Positions 10,079 through 21,398 of a stretch of 64,000 nucleotides of DNA are shown piece by piece. This DNA is from an uncultured Acidimicrobiia bacterium. GTDB taxonomy: Bacteria; Acidobacteriota; Terriglobia; Versatilivoradales; Versatilivoraceae. Under the pieces are notes generated by a model. That model ran no database searches. It saw only the letters and a list, made by a program, of their open reading frames with translations, and was not told where the DNA came from. The stretch lies in contig CAWBAT010000005.1 in the NCBI GenBank assembly GCA_963786955.1, positions 1,504,001 through 1,568,000 on the forward strand, given 5' to 3'. The translations under genes were made by a program, and so were the position numbers. Position 1 is the first letter of the stretch. The number at the start of each line of letters is the position of its first letter.

Positions 10079-12565
10079 ATGCTCGGTAAAACCATTTCTC
10101 ATTATAAAATTCTGGAAAAGCTTGGTGGCGGCGGGATGGGGGTCGTCTATGAAGCCGAGGACCTCAAACTCAACCGCCATGTAGCTCTCAAGTTCTTGCC
10201 TGAAGATCTTGCTCGGGATAGGCAGGCCTTGGAACGCTTCCGGCGCGAAGCACGCGCGGCTTCCGCTCTGAACCACCCCAACATTTGTACGATCCACGAT
10301 GTGGACGAGTCGGATGGACAGCCTTTCATCGTCATGGAATTGATGGAAGGCAAAACGCTCCAAAGCACCATCTCAGGTAAACCGCTCAAGAACGAGCAGC
10401 TTTTGGAATTGGCTATTCAGATCTCCGACGCTCTCGATGCTGCTCACAGTAAGGGCATCGTGCATCGGGATATCAAACCCGCCAATATTTTCGTCACGCA
10501 ACGCGGACAGATTAAGCTCCTGGACTTTGGTCTGGCGAAAGCAGCAGCTCAGAATCAAAGGGTGAAGGACACTATGGCGGCGACCAGCTTGCTAACGGTG
10601 TCTCTCCCAGATCCTCACTTGACCAGCCCGGGCACCTCCGTGGGTACCGCCGCCTACATGTCTCCGGAGCAAGCACGTGGAGAAGAATTAGATGCCCGCA
10701 CCGACTTGTTTTCTTTTGGGGCGGTACTCTACGAGATGGCCACGGGTGATGCGCCCTTTAAGGGGAATACCGCAGCGGTCCTTTTTGACTCGATTTTGAA
10801 TCGCATTCCAACTTCAACGAGTAGGATTAATCCTGAGTTGCCAACGGAATTGGAACGGATCATTTGTAAAGCACTGGAAAAAGATCGTGAACTTCGCTAC
10901 CAGTCGGCATCGGATCTCAGAGGAGACCTGAAACGCTTAAAACGGGATCTGGAATCAACCCGACTGCGGGTAACCTCAAGAACTCCGGGCAAACAGAAGA
11001 CATTGGAAAAATGGGGTGGTGGAAAATGGGCAATTGCTGCAATGGCGGTGTTGCTTCTCGTCGTCATAGGCATCTGGGTGGCGAGGTCGAGGCAAGGCAG
11101 TCCGGCTTCTGGACCGCCACAATCTGCTGCAAAATCCGGATTGCGAACGGTTGCCGTCCTACCCTTTCGTGATCTGGCGTCCCAGGAAAAGAATCAGGCG
11201 TGGGGGATCGGAATGGCGGATGCCATTATTAGTCGCATGGCGACCCTGCAGAATCTCGCGGTCCGTCCCACAAGCTCAGTTTTGAAATATGTGCAGGCTC
11301 CTGCTGATCCGGCTCAGGTGGCCCAGGAACTTGAAGTGGAATCTGTTCTAGAGGGAACATTCCAGCGGGTGGGGGATGTAATGCGCGTTTCGGTGCTTCT
11401 CAGCGACCCTAAGAGCCGTTCGACCCGCTGGGCCCAACGGTACGACTTGCGAGCAAAAGATATGTTGATGTTCCAAGACGAGGTCGCCCAGAAAGTGGTC
11501 GAAGGATTGAGTGTGTCCGTCACTGAGGCAGAGCATGCTTCGATGACTGCCCCAATGACGCAGTCGCCGGAAGCCTATAATCTTTATATCCAGGCCCGCT
11601 TTTATTGGAACGAGTACGCCATGAGATCACGCGTGGAAAGCCTCCAGCGTGGTCGAACCCTTCTCGAGCAAGCTATCAAATTAGATCCCACATTTGTCCA
11701 GGCCTATACTTTATTGGCTGATTTGTGTCTGTTGGAAGCGGCGAACTTTGTGGATAACGCTCGTGATAATCTGGCGCATGCGGAACAGATGGCTCAGAAA
11801 GCCATGGAATTAGATCCGCGTCTGGCAGACGTTTATATATCGATGGGCGGGATTTACATTCAACTCGGACGCAATGTGGAGGCCATTGAGAAACTCAAAA
11901 AGGGTGTAAGCATGGCCCCAAACTCAGACTGGGCACAGGATATGTTGGCTTATGCCTATCACTATACTGGCTTAATCGAGCTGGCTGAGAAGGGATTCCG
12001 TCGGAGCATTGAGCTAAACCCAACTTCCCTTCGACTTTACTGGATGCATGCGCGCCAGTTGCTTTACCTTGGGAAAACCAAAGAGGCGGAAGAGGAAATG
12101 CGGCAGGTATTGGCCAATAGTCCAGACCAATACAAAGCCATGGCTTATCTGGGTGAATTTCTCTATTACCAGGGGAAAGTCGCCGAAGCCGAACCGCTGC
12201 TTCTCCGTGCCAAAGAACTTGGCGGTCCCCAAGGTGATGACGCCCCATTGTATTTTCTGGGATTCTTGTATGCCTCACAAGGCCAAGGTCAAAGAATAGA
12301 CCCCAAGATCCTTGGTTTCAAGCGGGACGGGGTGATTGACGGAGATGGCGCCTATTGGATCAGCTCAATCTATTGCCTGCTTGGTGAAAAGAAACAGGCC
12401 TTAGCCTGGTTTCACCGAAGCATGGAACTGGGGAATCATAATTATCCCTGGTTCCAACGAGACAAGAATTTTGACAAACTGCGCGGCGATCCGGAATATC
12501 AACAAATGATGGACCAAATTCGCCAACATTATGAGCGCTATCGTGAGCTCTTCGGAAAAGGATAA
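10079..12565 (+). CDS. Hanks-type Ser/Thr protein kinase with TM helix, TolB-like domain and TPR repeats
   Basis: [38 protein letters not shown]; TM segment [18 protein letters not shown]; VAVLPF TolB_N-like motif; TPR-like helical repeats. Confidence 0.93.
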   Translation: MLGKTISHYKILEKLGGGGMGVVYEAEDLKLNRHVALKFLPEDLARDRQALERFRREARAASALNHPNICTIHDVDESDGQPFIVMELMEGKTLQSTISGKPLKNEQLLELAIQISDALDAAHSKGIVHRDIKPANIFVTQRGQIKLLDFGLAKAAAQNQRVKDTMAATSLLTVSLPDPHLTSPGTSVGTAAYMSPEQARGEELDARTDLFSFGAVLYEMATGDAPFKGNTAAVLFDSILNRIPTSTSRINPELPTELERIICKALEKDRELRYQSASDLRGDLKRLKRDLESTRLRVTSRTPGKQKTLEKWGGGKWAIAAMAVLLLVVIGIWVARSRQGSPASGPPQSAAKSGLRTVAVLPFRDLASQEKNQAWGIGMADAIISRMATLQNLAVRPTSSVLKYVQAPADPAQVAQELEVESVLEGTFQRVGDVMRVSVLLSDPKSRSTRWAQRYDLRAKDMLMFQDEVAQKVVEGLSVSVTEAEHASMTAPMTQSPEAYNLYIQARFYWNEYAMRSRVESLQRGRTLLEQAIKLDPTFVQAYTLLADLCLLEAANFVDNARDNLAHAEQMAQKAMELDPRLADVYISMGGIYIQLGRNVEAIEKLKKGVSMAPNSDWAQDMLAYAYHYTGLIELAEKGFRRSIELNPTSLRLYWMHARQLLYLGKTKEAEEEMRQVLANSPDQYKAMAYLGEFLYYQGKVAEAEPLLLRAKELGGPQGDDAPLYFLGFLYASQGQGQRIDPKILGFKRDGVIDGDGAYWISSIYCLLGEKKQALAWFHRSMELGNHNYPWFQRDKNFDKLRGDPEYQQMMDQIRQHYERYRELFGKG

Positions 12566-12588
12566 GACGTAGGGCGAGAGTTGCGAGC

Positions 12589-14073
12589 CTATGCCAAAAC
12601 CTTGCTGACAACTTCCCCGCCGATATCCGTCAGCCGGAAGTAGCGCCCTTGATACTTGTAAGTTAGCCGCGTATGGTCAATCCCCAGGCAATGCAGAATG
12701 GTAGCCTGCAGGTCAAACACATGAACGGGATTTTCGATGATGTTGTAGCAATAGTCATCGGTGGCTCCAAAGGTCATTCCCGGCTTGATTCCTCCGCCCG
12801 CCATCCAAACCGTAAAGCAGCGAGGGTGGTGGTCCCGCCCATAATCCTCAGGGGTTAATTTCCCCTGACAATAAATCGTGCGGCCAAACTCTCCGCCCCA
12901 GACGACGAGCGTGTCGTCCAGCAATCCCCGCTGTTTAAGATCGGTGATCAGCGCTGCCGAAGCCTGGTCCGTGTCACGGCACTGGCCGACGATTTGTTTC
13001 GGCAGCGTGTAATGTTGGTCCCAACCTCTGTGGAAAAGCTGAATGAAACGCACGCCCCGCTCCGTGAGACGCCTCGCCAGCAAGCAATTGGCCGCGAACG
13101 TCCCGGGTTTGCGGGAATCGGGGCCATAAAGATCGAAAACTTCAGACGGCTCGCCGGAGAGATCTGTCAATTCAGGTACAGAGGTCTGCATGCGGTAGGC
13201 CATTTCGTATTGGGCGATTCGGGTAGAGATTTCTGGATCGCCGAATTCTTCCAGACCTAGCTGATTGAGCTGGGCTAAGTCGTCGAGAAATCGCCGGCGG
13301 GCGGAAGCTGAAATCCCAGGCGGATTCGAAAGGTAGAGTACCGGGTCGGCGCCAGAGCGGAATTTGACTCCCTGATACCTTGAAGGCAAAAACCCGCTTC
13401 CCCAGAGACGGTCATAAAGTGGCTGGTCCGCAGGATTCCCCGATCCCTGTGAGACCATGACGACAAATGCCGGGAGATCTTTGTTCTCACTCCCTAATCC
13501 GTAAGATAACCACGCACCAATGCTGGGTCTGCCGGCCAACTGGGCGCCTGTCTGAAAGAAAGTGATGGCCGGGTCGTGATTGATCGCTTCCGTATGCATG
13601 GATTTGATGAAGCAGAGATCATCCACAACCTTAGCCGTTTGTGGCATAAGTTCACTGACCCAGGCTCCAGATTGTCCGTGTTGCGCAAACTTGAAGATAG
13701 AAGGAACCACAGGAAAGCTGGATTGTGCAGAGGTCATCCCGGTGAGACGCTGGCCTTTGCGAATGGAATCGGGCAGTTCCGCTCCTCGAACATCATTGAT
13801 TTTCGGCTTGTAGTCAAACAACTCTATTTGCGAGGGCGCGCCTGACTGAAATAGATAAATCACCCGCTTAGCTTTGGGCAGAAAGTTGGGGAAGCCAGTC
13901 AGTCCTCCTGGGCTCTTAACGAAATCGCCCGTTGCCTGGGCCGTTCCAGAGATTTCTGCCTGCAGATCTTCGTTGAGCAGAGATGCCAGAGCTGCGATGC
14001 CAATCCCGCGTCCGGTTAGACCGAAAAAATGACGACGGGTCAGCTGAAGCTTTCTGTCAATTAAAGGGGTCAT
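12589..14073 (-). CDS. DUF1501 protein with twin-arginine signal (second copy)
   Basis: [51 protein letters not shown]. Confidence 0.9.
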   Translation of the reverse strand: MTPLIDRKLQLTRRHFFGLTGRGIGIAALASLLNEDLQAEISGTAQATGDFVKSPGGLTGFPNFLPKAKRVIYLFQSGAPSQIELFDYKPKINDVRGAELPDSIRKGQRLTGMTSAQSSFPVVPSIFKFAQHGQSGAWVSELMPQTAKVVDDLCFIKSMHTEAINHDPAITFFQTGAQLAGRPSIGAWLSYGLGSENKDLPAFVVMVSQGSGNPADQPLYDRLWGSGFLPSRYQGVKFRSGADPVLYLSNPPGISASARRRFLDDLAQLNQLGLEEFGDPEISTRIAQYEMAYRMQTSVPELTDLSGEPSEVFDLYGPDSRKPGTFAANCLLARRLTERGVRFIQLFHRGWDQHYTLPKQIVGQCRDTDQASAALITDLKQRGLLDDTLVVWGGEFGRTIYCQGKLTPEDYGRDHHPRCFTVWMAGGGIKPGMTFGATDDYCYNIIENPVHVFDLQATILHCLGIDHTRLTYKYQGRYFRLTDIGGEVVSKVLA

Positions 14074-14076
14074 ACT

Positions 14077-17000
14077 CTATTCCTTACTAATAGTTTGATC
14101 CAAATTAAGAATCAGGCTGGCCATCGTAGTATAGGCGGCCAGTTCCACCACATCCAGTTTCTGATTGATCGGGTATTCTCCTGCGCTAATTAACTTCACC
14201 GCGGACTGAGGGTCCTTCTGGAATTGGTCAAGCTGAAACTGGAACCCGGCCCGCAGTTTTTCACGCTCAACCGAAGTTGGCCAGCGGGAGGTGGCAAGGC
14301 GGAAAGCAAAGCTTAAACGGTCTTCCGGCAAAGGCCCGCCTTCAGTCATGATCCGCTGAGCCAGCACTCGTGCCGCTTCCACATAGTTGATATCATTCAT
14401 CAAATTCAATGCTTGCAGGGGAGTATTGGTGCGTGTTTGGCGAACAGTGCAGGTCTCACGGGATGGGGCATCAAACGTCACCATTCCCGGGGGAGCAACC
14501 GTTCGTTTCCAAAAAGTATACAAACTTCGCCGATAGAGATTTTCTCCTTTGTCCGGTTGGTAGTCTTCTCCGCCGCTCAGATCCTTCCAGAGCCCTTCCG
14601 GTTGAAGGGGTTTGACGGACTGGCCTCCCACCTTTTCCACTAAAAGGCCACTGATCGCCAGGGCTTGATCGCGAACGATCTCCGCAGAGAGTCGTATCCG
14701 CGGCCCTCTGGCCAGCAACCAGTTTTCTGGATCGCGCGCGAGCAGCGCGGGTGTTGTGCGGGACGATTGGCGATACGTGGCACTCATGGTAATTTGTTTC
14801 TGCAGCCCCTTCACATCCCATCCGCTCCTGACAAACTCCGTAGCCAACCAGTCCAACAAAGCAGGGTGTGTGGGCCATTCGCCTTGCGAGCCAAAATTTT
14901 CGACGGTTCTCACCAGCCCATTTCCAAAATACATTTGCCAGAATCGGTTCACGACTACCCGTGCAGTCAGTGGATTGTTTGGGTCGACCAGCCATCTGGC
15001 TAGCGCCAAACGGTTGTTGGGCAGGCCTTCAGGAAGAGGATGGAGAGCCACCGGAACTGCCGGTCTTATCCGGTCACCCTTCCGATCATACGCTCCTCGG
15101 ATGAGAAGGAAGGAATCTCTGGGAGGATTCATCTCCTGCATCACCATGGTGGTGGGAATGGTTTCGATCAGCTTTTCCCGCTGCCGTCGCAAGGTAATCA
15201 TTCTTTGCCGGGTTTTCTGGATCGATTCGGGCGCATCGGTTGCGACGAAAAATGCCTGAAGTTTGGCGACCTGAAGGTCAGTGCGCTTCTCCGGCGGGAT
15301 AACAAGGATCTCATTAATTCGATCCGTAGAGGAGACCAGCCAAACTTCTTCAGAATCTAACACGCGGTTGTAGACTCTTGCGTCATCAATAAAACCATGG
15401 AAGCGATTCTCTGGGCCACCGCCGCCGCCAATTCGGAAAGGTTCTGTGGACTTAAACGTTTGATAAAACTCGTCCAGCAAAACCTTAATCTCGGCAGGTT
15501 TCCCGTCAATATAAATTTTGGCCCCATCGGCTGTACGGGAACCGTCATAAGAGACAGTGACGTGGTACCAATGCCCCGGAGACAAAGTTTGTTGCGTCTC
15601 AATGCGTAATGCATCATCCAACCAGCGCTGAACCAGGTCGAACTGGAGTTTCCCGTTAACGAGATAAAGCCCGTACCCCATCTCTTTGTTGAGGTCTTTG
15701 GTACGCGTGAAAATGGCGCCGCCCTTTTCGTCCAGTGGATAAACCCAGGCTGCCATAGAAAATTTGTCATAAAATCCATAGTCCGCCACATTTCCTGCAT
15801 CGATAAAACGTTTCCCATCGAAGTTGGCGGCCAGCCCGATTTGCCCAGGCCCGTAGTTGGGGTTGCCATCACGAAAGGAGGGCGGCGCGACTTTCTCATT
15901 CGTCGGTTTAGAGGCCCGATCGATGGTGTTCCCATCCAATGGGAAATATGCTTCCAGCCCATCCGTGATTGACCAGTCGATCATTCGTGACCGGTCAAAG
16001 TTTTTCTCCCAGGATTGTTCAGCGGCGACTAATTGGGGCTGCAAATTTTTCCACTCCTTCTCGGCCTCCCCGAGACGTTTGTCCAGCTCTCTGAGTTCTA
16101 GTTGTTGCTGGGATGTCGGAGTCTGGATCACTGGCGGAGAATTGCCGTATTTGTTCGCGTGGCCTTTTTCGGGGACGTTGTTGAAATAGGCGAAAAGCTG
16201 GTAGTACTCCTTCTGCGTGATGGGGTCATATTTGTGATCGTGGCAACGAGCGCAGCCCATGGTCAGCCCAAGCCAGACTGTGGATGTCGTATCCACACGG
16301 TCAACAACATATTCCACGGCATATTCTTCCGGGATGATCCCCCCTTCGCCATTTCCACGGTGATTCCGGTTGAAGCCTGTGGCCAGCTTCTGCTCAAGCG
16401 TGGCATTAGGGAGCAAGTCTCCACCAATCTGCTCGATCGTGAACTGATCGAATGGCATATTGCGATTAAATGCATCGATCACCCAATCCCGCCACCGCCA
16501 CATCGTTCGTTCGGCATCAGTTTGATATCCATTGGTGTCGGCATAGCGAGCTGCTTCCAACCAGCGAATCGCCATACGCTCTCCATAACGCGGAGATTGG
16601 AGCAGGCGGTCGACAAGCTTTCCGTAGGCATCAGGAGAATGGTCTGACAAGAAAGTGTCAATTTCCTTTGGAGTTGGAGGGAGCCCAGTCAAATCCAGTG
16701 TCACTCGACGAATCAGCGTCTCAGGCGTAGCCTCCGGGGAGGGAGTAAGGCCTTCCCGTTCCAACCGCTCGAGCACAAAGTAGTCAATCGGGTTGCGTAC
16801 CCAGGGTCTGTCCTTTACTTTGGGGAGGTCTGGCGTAACCGGAGGGATGAACGACCAGTGCTTCTGCCATTTCGCACCCTGCTCGATCCATTGCCGGACG
16901 AGGGCAATTTGGCTGGTCGTAAGCTTCCGTTCCGAATAAATAGGGGGCATGCGTCTGGATTCATCTTCAGTCGAAATTCGAAGGTATAACTCGCTCTTTT

Positions 17001-17277
17001 CGGGATCGCCGGGAACAACCGCCTGGTGCCCTCCTAAGTCAGTAAAGACACTCGCTTCGTTGTCCAATCGAAGGCTAGTTTTTCGATTGGCTTTGTCTGG
17101 GCCATGACAGGTGTAACAATTGTCAGAAAGAATGGGACGAATATCGCGGTTGAATTCGACAGACCCTGCTGAAGAAGATCCTAGGCTGAAGGCGAAGAGG
17201 CCCAGGCCCCGGAACAGGAATGGCAGGCTAGAAAAGAAGATCAGACTGGTAAAAATCTTTAATGGCTTGAAGTACAT
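14077..17277 (-). CDS. Planctomycete cytochrome c + DUF1549 + LamG-like insert + DUF1553 protein
   Basis: CYTCH and CARCH heme motifs, HWSF, LIRRVTLDLTGLPPT; LamG/ConA motifs WYHVTVSYDG, KIYIDG, FHGFIDDARVYNRVL; PLQALNLMND. Confidence 0.9.
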   Translation of the reverse strand: MYFKPLKIFTSLIFFSSLPFLFRGLGLFAFSLGSSSAGSVEFNRDIRPILSDNCYTCHGPDKANRKTSLRLDNEASVFTDLGGHQAVVPGDPEKSELYLRISTEDESRRMPPIYSERKLTTSQIALVRQWIEQGAKWQKHWSFIPPVTPDLPKVKDRPWVRNPIDYFVLERLEREGLTPSPEATPETLIRRVTLDLTGLPPTPKEIDTFLSDHSPDAYGKLVDRLLQSPRYGERMAIRWLEAARYADTNGYQTDAERTMWRWRDWVIDAFNRNMPFDQFTIEQIGGDLLPNATLEQKLATGFNRNHRGNGEGGIIPEEYAVEYVVDRVDTTSTVWLGLTMGCARCHDHKYDPITQKEYYQLFAYFNNVPEKGHANKYGNSPPVIQTPTSQQQLELRELDKRLGEAEKEWKNLQPQLVAAEQSWEKNFDRSRMIDWSITDGLEAYFPLDGNTIDRASKPTNEKVAPPSFRDGNPNYGPGQIGLAANFDGKRFIDAGNVADYGFYDKFSMAAWVYPLDEKGGAIFTRTKDLNKEMGYGLYLVNGKLQFDLVQRWLDDALRIETQQTLSPGHWYHVTVSYDGSRTADGAKIYIDGKPAEIKVLLDEFYQTFKSTEPFRIGGGGGPENRFHGFIDDARVYNRVLDSEEVWLVSSTDRINEILVIPPEKRTDLQVAKLQAFFVATDAPESIQKTRQRMITLRRQREKLIETIPTTMVMQEMNPPRDSFLLIRGAYDRKGDRIRPAVPVALHPLPEGLPNNRLALARWLVDPNNPLTARVVVNRFWQMYFGNGLVRTVENFGSQGEWPTHPALLDWLATEFVRSGWDVKGLQKQITMSATYRQSSRTTPALLARDPENWLLARGPRIRLSAEIVRDQALAISGLLVEKVGGQSVKPLQPEGLWKDLSGGEDYQPDKGENLYRRSLYTFWKRTVAPPGMVTFDAPSRETCTVRQTRTNTPLQALNLMNDINYVEAARVLAQRIMTEGGPLPEDRLSFAFRLATSRWPTSVEREKLRAGFQFQLDQFQKDPQSAVKLISAGEYPINQKLDVVELAAYTTMASLILNLDQTISKE

Positions 17278-17528
17278 CAGAATTCGATCTCAAACACGTT
17301 CATCATAGCTAGAATACTTAAATTATAAGGTCTTTCAAGCCGAATCATACACCTCTTTGATTCCTGCCGGAGGGGACAAAGAAGCAAAGTGTCTATCGAG
17401 TCTTACGATGCTGCCAGACCGGACTCTAATTATCTCATAGTGGTTCATCGCCGGTAAGGTTTCAGATCAGAGCCGTTGCACATTCAAACGTCGGGGTTTG
17501 AGATCCGCAATGTGTGCGCGGTGGATGG

Positions 17529-17564
17529 AAATAAAGGGTGGGTCGAGAGTTGCGAAACCCACCC
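17529..17564 (-). terminator. Putative intrinsic terminator downstream of the BON gene
   Basis: Stem GGGTGGGT (17536-43) / ACCCACCC (17557-64), followed on the minus strand by TTTATTT. Confidence 0.5.
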
Positions 17565-17617
17565 GGAAAGGGAAAAGCGATGACGCGCAATAACTCAAAG
17601 ATTTGGAGTCCAGCCCA

Positions 17618-18634
17618 TTATTCTTTCGGCGGAAGCGTAAAGGTGACCGGTGCTGACAGCCTGAAATCCAGCTTGGTTTCGGACGGAATCTTGACCTGCT
17701 TGCCTTTCATGATGAGCTGGGAACCAGCACCCGCACCAGCTCCAATGCCGGCGCCGATGGCTGCTCCCTTTCCACCACCGGCAATGGCGCCGATACCCGC
17801 ACCGATGGCGGCTCCGAGGCCGGTTTTCTTGGCCGTTTCTTTCCCCCTGGATTTGCCGACCTCTTGGACGGATGAAGATGACAACGGATAAGACTTGCCT
17901 TTTAGGACAATATGGTCAAGAGCTACTTCCAGCTCGCTTTGACCCTTGAACTTACCAGACGTCTTAGCTTCCAGAAGCTTCACAGTAACATTTGCCCCTT
18001 TAGGAACGACGACTTGACTGCCGGATACCAGTGGAGAATCCAAAGAAGCCTGGAAGGTTTCGCCAGGCTGATTCGTCTTTGAATCGATGGTATCGATCAT
18101 TTGGACTCGTACATCGGTTCCTTCTGGAATCGTGAATTTTCGAGGCGGTGGTGGCGGTGGTGGGGGCGGTGGCGGCGCAGGTTGAGTAGGGGGCGCTACC
18201 GCCTCAGCGGGAGGAGCGTCGCTAGTCGGAACGTTAGCAACGGTTGCCGGGCTACCTGCCGCGGGTTGACGAGTTCGCAAAGGCTCACCCTGACCCGGTG
18301 CCGACGGCGCACTGGCCGATTGGCCGGGAGATTGCAGCTGGTCGATGACCTTTTTCACTCCCTCCGTACCCTGCGCGACTGTGACGGCCTGCTGGCGGAC
18401 GGCATCGCTCGAGACTTGTCCTGCGAGCGTCACCTCTCCATTGGCGACCGCAACTTGAATATTTTCAGCCTTCAGCTGGGGATCTGAATAAAAGCGACCC
18501 TTGATGGCGTCGCTGGTTGCGACATCCGAAGGAGCCTTTGAACAGGCCACGAGGGCAAGCATAAGCCAAAGGCCCAGAAGGGCCCTTAACAAGTGTATTG
18601 TCTTTGATGACATAAGACGATCTCCTCTTCCCAT
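17618..18634 (-). CDS. BON-domain lipoprotein with Pro-rich linker and glycine-zipper C-terminal domain
   Basis: Lipobox LVAC, BON motif (IQVAVANGEVTLAGQV...GVKKVIDQL), poly-Pro run, GAAIGAGIGAIAGGGKGAAIG. Start may be 18613. Confidence 0.85.
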   Translation of the reverse strand: MGRGDRLMSSKTIHLLRALLGLWLMLALVACSKAPSDVATSDAIKGRFYSDPQLKAENIQVAVANGEVTLAGQVSSDAVRQQAVTVAQGTEGVKKVIDQLQSPGQSASAPSAPGQGEPLRTRQPAAGSPATVANVPTSDAPPAEAVAPPTQPAPPPPPPPPPPPRKFTIPEGTDVRVQMIDTIDSKTNQPGETFQASLDSPLVSGSQVVVPKGANVTVKLLEAKTSGKFKGQSELEVALDHIVLKGKSYPLSSSSVQEVGKSRGKETAKKTGLGAAIGAGIGAIAGGGKGAAIGAGIGAGAGAGSQLIMKGKQVKIPSETKLDFRLSAPVTFTLPPKE

Positions 18635-18739
18635 AGATTTTTCTACAGCACAATTGAAATAGGGATTCTTGTCAATTAAACCTTACCTTACGATAATTTC
18701 GTCGTCAATCTCGCCGTCCCGAAGCGGGAAGACCCAAAC

Positions 18740-19753
18740 TCAGCGGTTTCCGAGAGCAATCAGGATTGTTGCAAAAGTCAATAGAACCAGGCCAGCTGAG
18801 AGCAAAGCCAAAGTCCCTCTGCTCGCACCACTCCATTCCCCGGTCACGATTCCCGAGACATTTGCCGTCATGATCATGAAGATATTATACAATGCCCAGC
18901 CGACCGATGTTCCCAAACTTCCGATATATGCGGCACTCATCCCATATAGGGCAAACGCGCCGGTCCACAAAAGTCCCATCAAGCTTCCAAAAAAGAGATC
19001 AGGTTGTAAGGGCGAAAAAAAAGACCAACTCTTTTTTTGACGGAGAAGATAGAGGCTGTAGAGCAGATTTGGCAGAAATCCGCCGGCTAGAGAAATGGGA
19101 AGAATCGCATAGGAGGCATTGGCCAGCGAGGACCCGCGTCGAACAGCCTCTTGGGCGATATCCTGTCCAAAGGCAAAGGAATAATTCAGCATGGGCGCCG
19201 TAAGGCCGCAGATGATGGCGAGAGTCAATGCGCTTGCGTAACCGCTTGTCAAGCCTGGGTTAGGCGGGTCACTCAAACGCCGCTCTCTTTGCCGCCCTGC
19301 CCAGCCCGCGACGATAATTCCAGCCACCATGACAACCATGCCGGTCACGATCAAATTTCCCTTCGAGGTGCCAAAAATGTCACGGTTCTTAAAGAATAAC
19401 GGGACGAAAGTTCCGAGGACAGCTGAGAAGCCAATGATAATGGCATAGCCAAGTGCTAGACCCAGCCGGGCAATGGAGAGGCCGAACAATATCTGGGCAA
19501 CCCCCCAACCTGCGCCAAATAGAAAAGGAACGGCAAGTTGGTGAGAGGTTAGGCTCAAGTAAACCGCACGGACGTTCCCAATAAATAAAAGAGCGAATAA
19601 CCAAGGGAGCACGACCAGGGAGACCAGGTTAAAGACCAGCCAGGTGTTTTCCCACTTCCAGTGACGGACAAATTTGGCGGGCAACATGCAATTGCCAGCG
19701 AAGAGGCCTGCCATAAACGTCAGGAAGATCCCCAGCCCCACATCCGCGGTCAT
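18740..19753 (-). CDS. RhaT-family (L-rhamnose/H+ symporter-like) DMT transporter
   Basis: PAKFVRHWKWENTW, GAGWGVAQILFGL, TGEWSG; about 10 TM helices. Confidence 0.8.
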   Translation of the reverse strand: MTADVGLGIFLTFMAGLFAGNCMLPAKFVRHWKWENTWLVFNLVSLVVLPWLFALLFIGNVRAVYLSLTSHQLAVPFLFGAGWGVAQILFGLSIARLGLALGYAIIIGFSAVLGTFVPLFFKNRDIFGTSKGNLIVTGMVVMVAGIIVAGWAGRQRERRLSDPPNPGLTSGYASALTLAIICGLTAPMLNYSFAFGQDIAQEAVRRGSSLANASYAILPISLAGGFLPNLLYSLYLLRQKKSWSFFSPLQPDLFFGSLMGLLWTGAFALYGMSAAYIGSLGTSVGWALYNIFMIMTANVSGIVTGEWSGASRGTLALLSAGLVLLTFATILIALGNR

Positions 19754-19875
19754 CTATTGGTCTCCCGAATTCCTGTGGAATTGAATACGATCTCAGCCTG
19801 TCAAAGGCTTCCAGGATATTTTGATTTTTCTCCCATGTGTCAAGGCCCCGTGTTGGCGCGAGGATCCCCTGAGCC

Positions 19876-21147
19876 TTAAAGGCTCGAAATCTGTCGGACT
19901 GCAGCCGAGTGGTTCCAGACTTCGGGTTTGATCAGCATTCCAAACCCCGGAAGATCCGGAGCGGACACCGTTCCGTCTCTTGGAATCACAGGATTCTCGA
20001 GCATTGTCGGCCAATCGGTTTCGTAATAACGCTGGACGGTTTCCTGAATGGCCACGTTAGTCGCAGCGGTGCTCAAGTGGGTTGAGGCATAGAAGAGCAG
20101 GGGGCCTCCTGCCGTGTGGGGAGCGACGGGAAGCTGGAACGCCTCGGCCATGGAGGCAATTTTTCGAGCTTCGCTCACGCCTCCACACCAGCAGACATCA
20201 AACATGACATATTTCGCGGCGCGCGATTCGAGGAGCTGAATGTATTGCATCCTCCCTGCCATCCGCTCACTGATGGTCAAAGGGATAGAGGTAGCCTCGG
20301 CCAGCTGCCGATATTGAGAGAACTGGCCGGGCATCAACATATCTTCCAGCCACATCGGTTTGTAAGGTTCAAGCGCGCGGGCAATACGAATGGCGGAGGG
20401 CAGGTTCCAGTTACTATGGAATTCCATTAGAATTTCAATCTCAGAGCCAAAAGTATCGCGCAGCTTGCGGACGGGACCAAGTGCCTCATCGATATCGGCC
20501 TGAGTAATGTATTGCCGCTGAGTGCGGTGCGCCGCTTCATCAAAGGGCCAGATCTTGATGGCCTTGATGCCGTAACCATCGATCAGCTCGCGCACGATCT
20601 TTTCCGGTTCTTTGAGGAAGTCGTACCGTTGCCCGAAGCAGGTGTTGTAAACTCGAATCCGGGGATTTGACCTTCCTCCAATCAAACCGTAAACGGGCAT
20701 GGACAGGGACTTGCCCAGTAAATCCCATAAAGCCAGATCGATTGCGCTCAAAACGCGCATCTCCGTTCCCCCGATGATCTGAAAGTCAAAAGTGAAATAC
20801 AGATCTGCCCAAATCCGATCGATATTCCGAGGATCTTGCCCAAGCAGCAGGCGAGCCACCGTGGAATGTACCAGCGCGGCTTCCGCTTCGCTGCGCGGAT
20901 AGGTTTCTCCAATGCCCGCAAACCCCGCATCAGTATGGATCTTGATCCAAGTCCAATTGGGGCGCCAAGGAGCGTCTTGGTAGTTCTTCCAATACACGGT
21001 TTCAATCTTGGTGATCTTCATGGGAGGAGCAGCCAACGCTGCCTGGGAACGAAATGCCGCAAGGGCGGGCATGAGCAAAGACGCCATGAAGATCCGTCGC
21101 TGGATAGGTTCGCCTGCCACTGTGCCGATACCTCCTTTTCCCTTCAT
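19876..21147 (-). CDS. Mandelate racemase/muconate lactonising (enolase superfamily) enzyme, probable acid-sugar dehydratase
   Basis: IHTDAGFAGIGE, SAIDLALWDLLGK, KxK (KAIK), EFH, WLED, ISER, VAPH. N-terminal IQRRIF plus an Ala-rich segment. Confidence 0.88.
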   Translation of the reverse strand: MKGKGGIGTVAGEPIQRRIFMASLLMPALAAFRSQAALAAPPMKITKIETVYWKNYQDAPWRPNWTWIKIHTDAGFAGIGETYPRSEAEAALVHSTVARLLLGQDPRNIDRIWADLYFTFDFQIIGGTEMRVLSAIDLALWDLLGKSLSMPVYGLIGGRSNPRIRVYNTCFGQRYDFLKEPEKIVRELIDGYGIKAIKIWPFDEAAHRTQRQYITQADIDEALGPVRKLRDTFGSEIEILMEFHSNWNLPSAIRIARALEPYKPMWLEDMLMPGQFSQYRQLAEATSIPLTISERMAGRMQYIQLLESRAAKYVMFDVCWCGGVSEARKIASMAEAFQLPVAPHTAGGPLLFYASTHLSTAATNVAIQETVQRYYETDWPTMLENPVIPRDGTVSAPDLPGFGMLIKPEVWNHSAAVRQISSL

Positions 21148-21398
21148 TAAACGAAATCTTATGGGGAGTCTATGGAAGACGATCAGCAGTTGTCAATGAA
21201 TGAGCGGCTTGTACTAAGTCGGTGGGTGTTCACCCGAAACGACTGGCAACCGGAGATCGCAAGAGCTGGCTCATTCCTTGCTGCTTCATTTAGCCGCTCT
21301 TTGTAGGATTCTTTCCACTATTACCCTAATGTTATTAAGCGAGTAACCCGAATGGCTGTCAATTGCCTTTAAGCAACTATTTTCAAGCCCCGTTGGTG

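Noticed and set aside
12575-17555. Identical 12-mer CGAGAGTTGCGA at 12575 and 17544
   Set aside because: Shared 12-mers are expected by chance in 64 kb, and the flanks differ.
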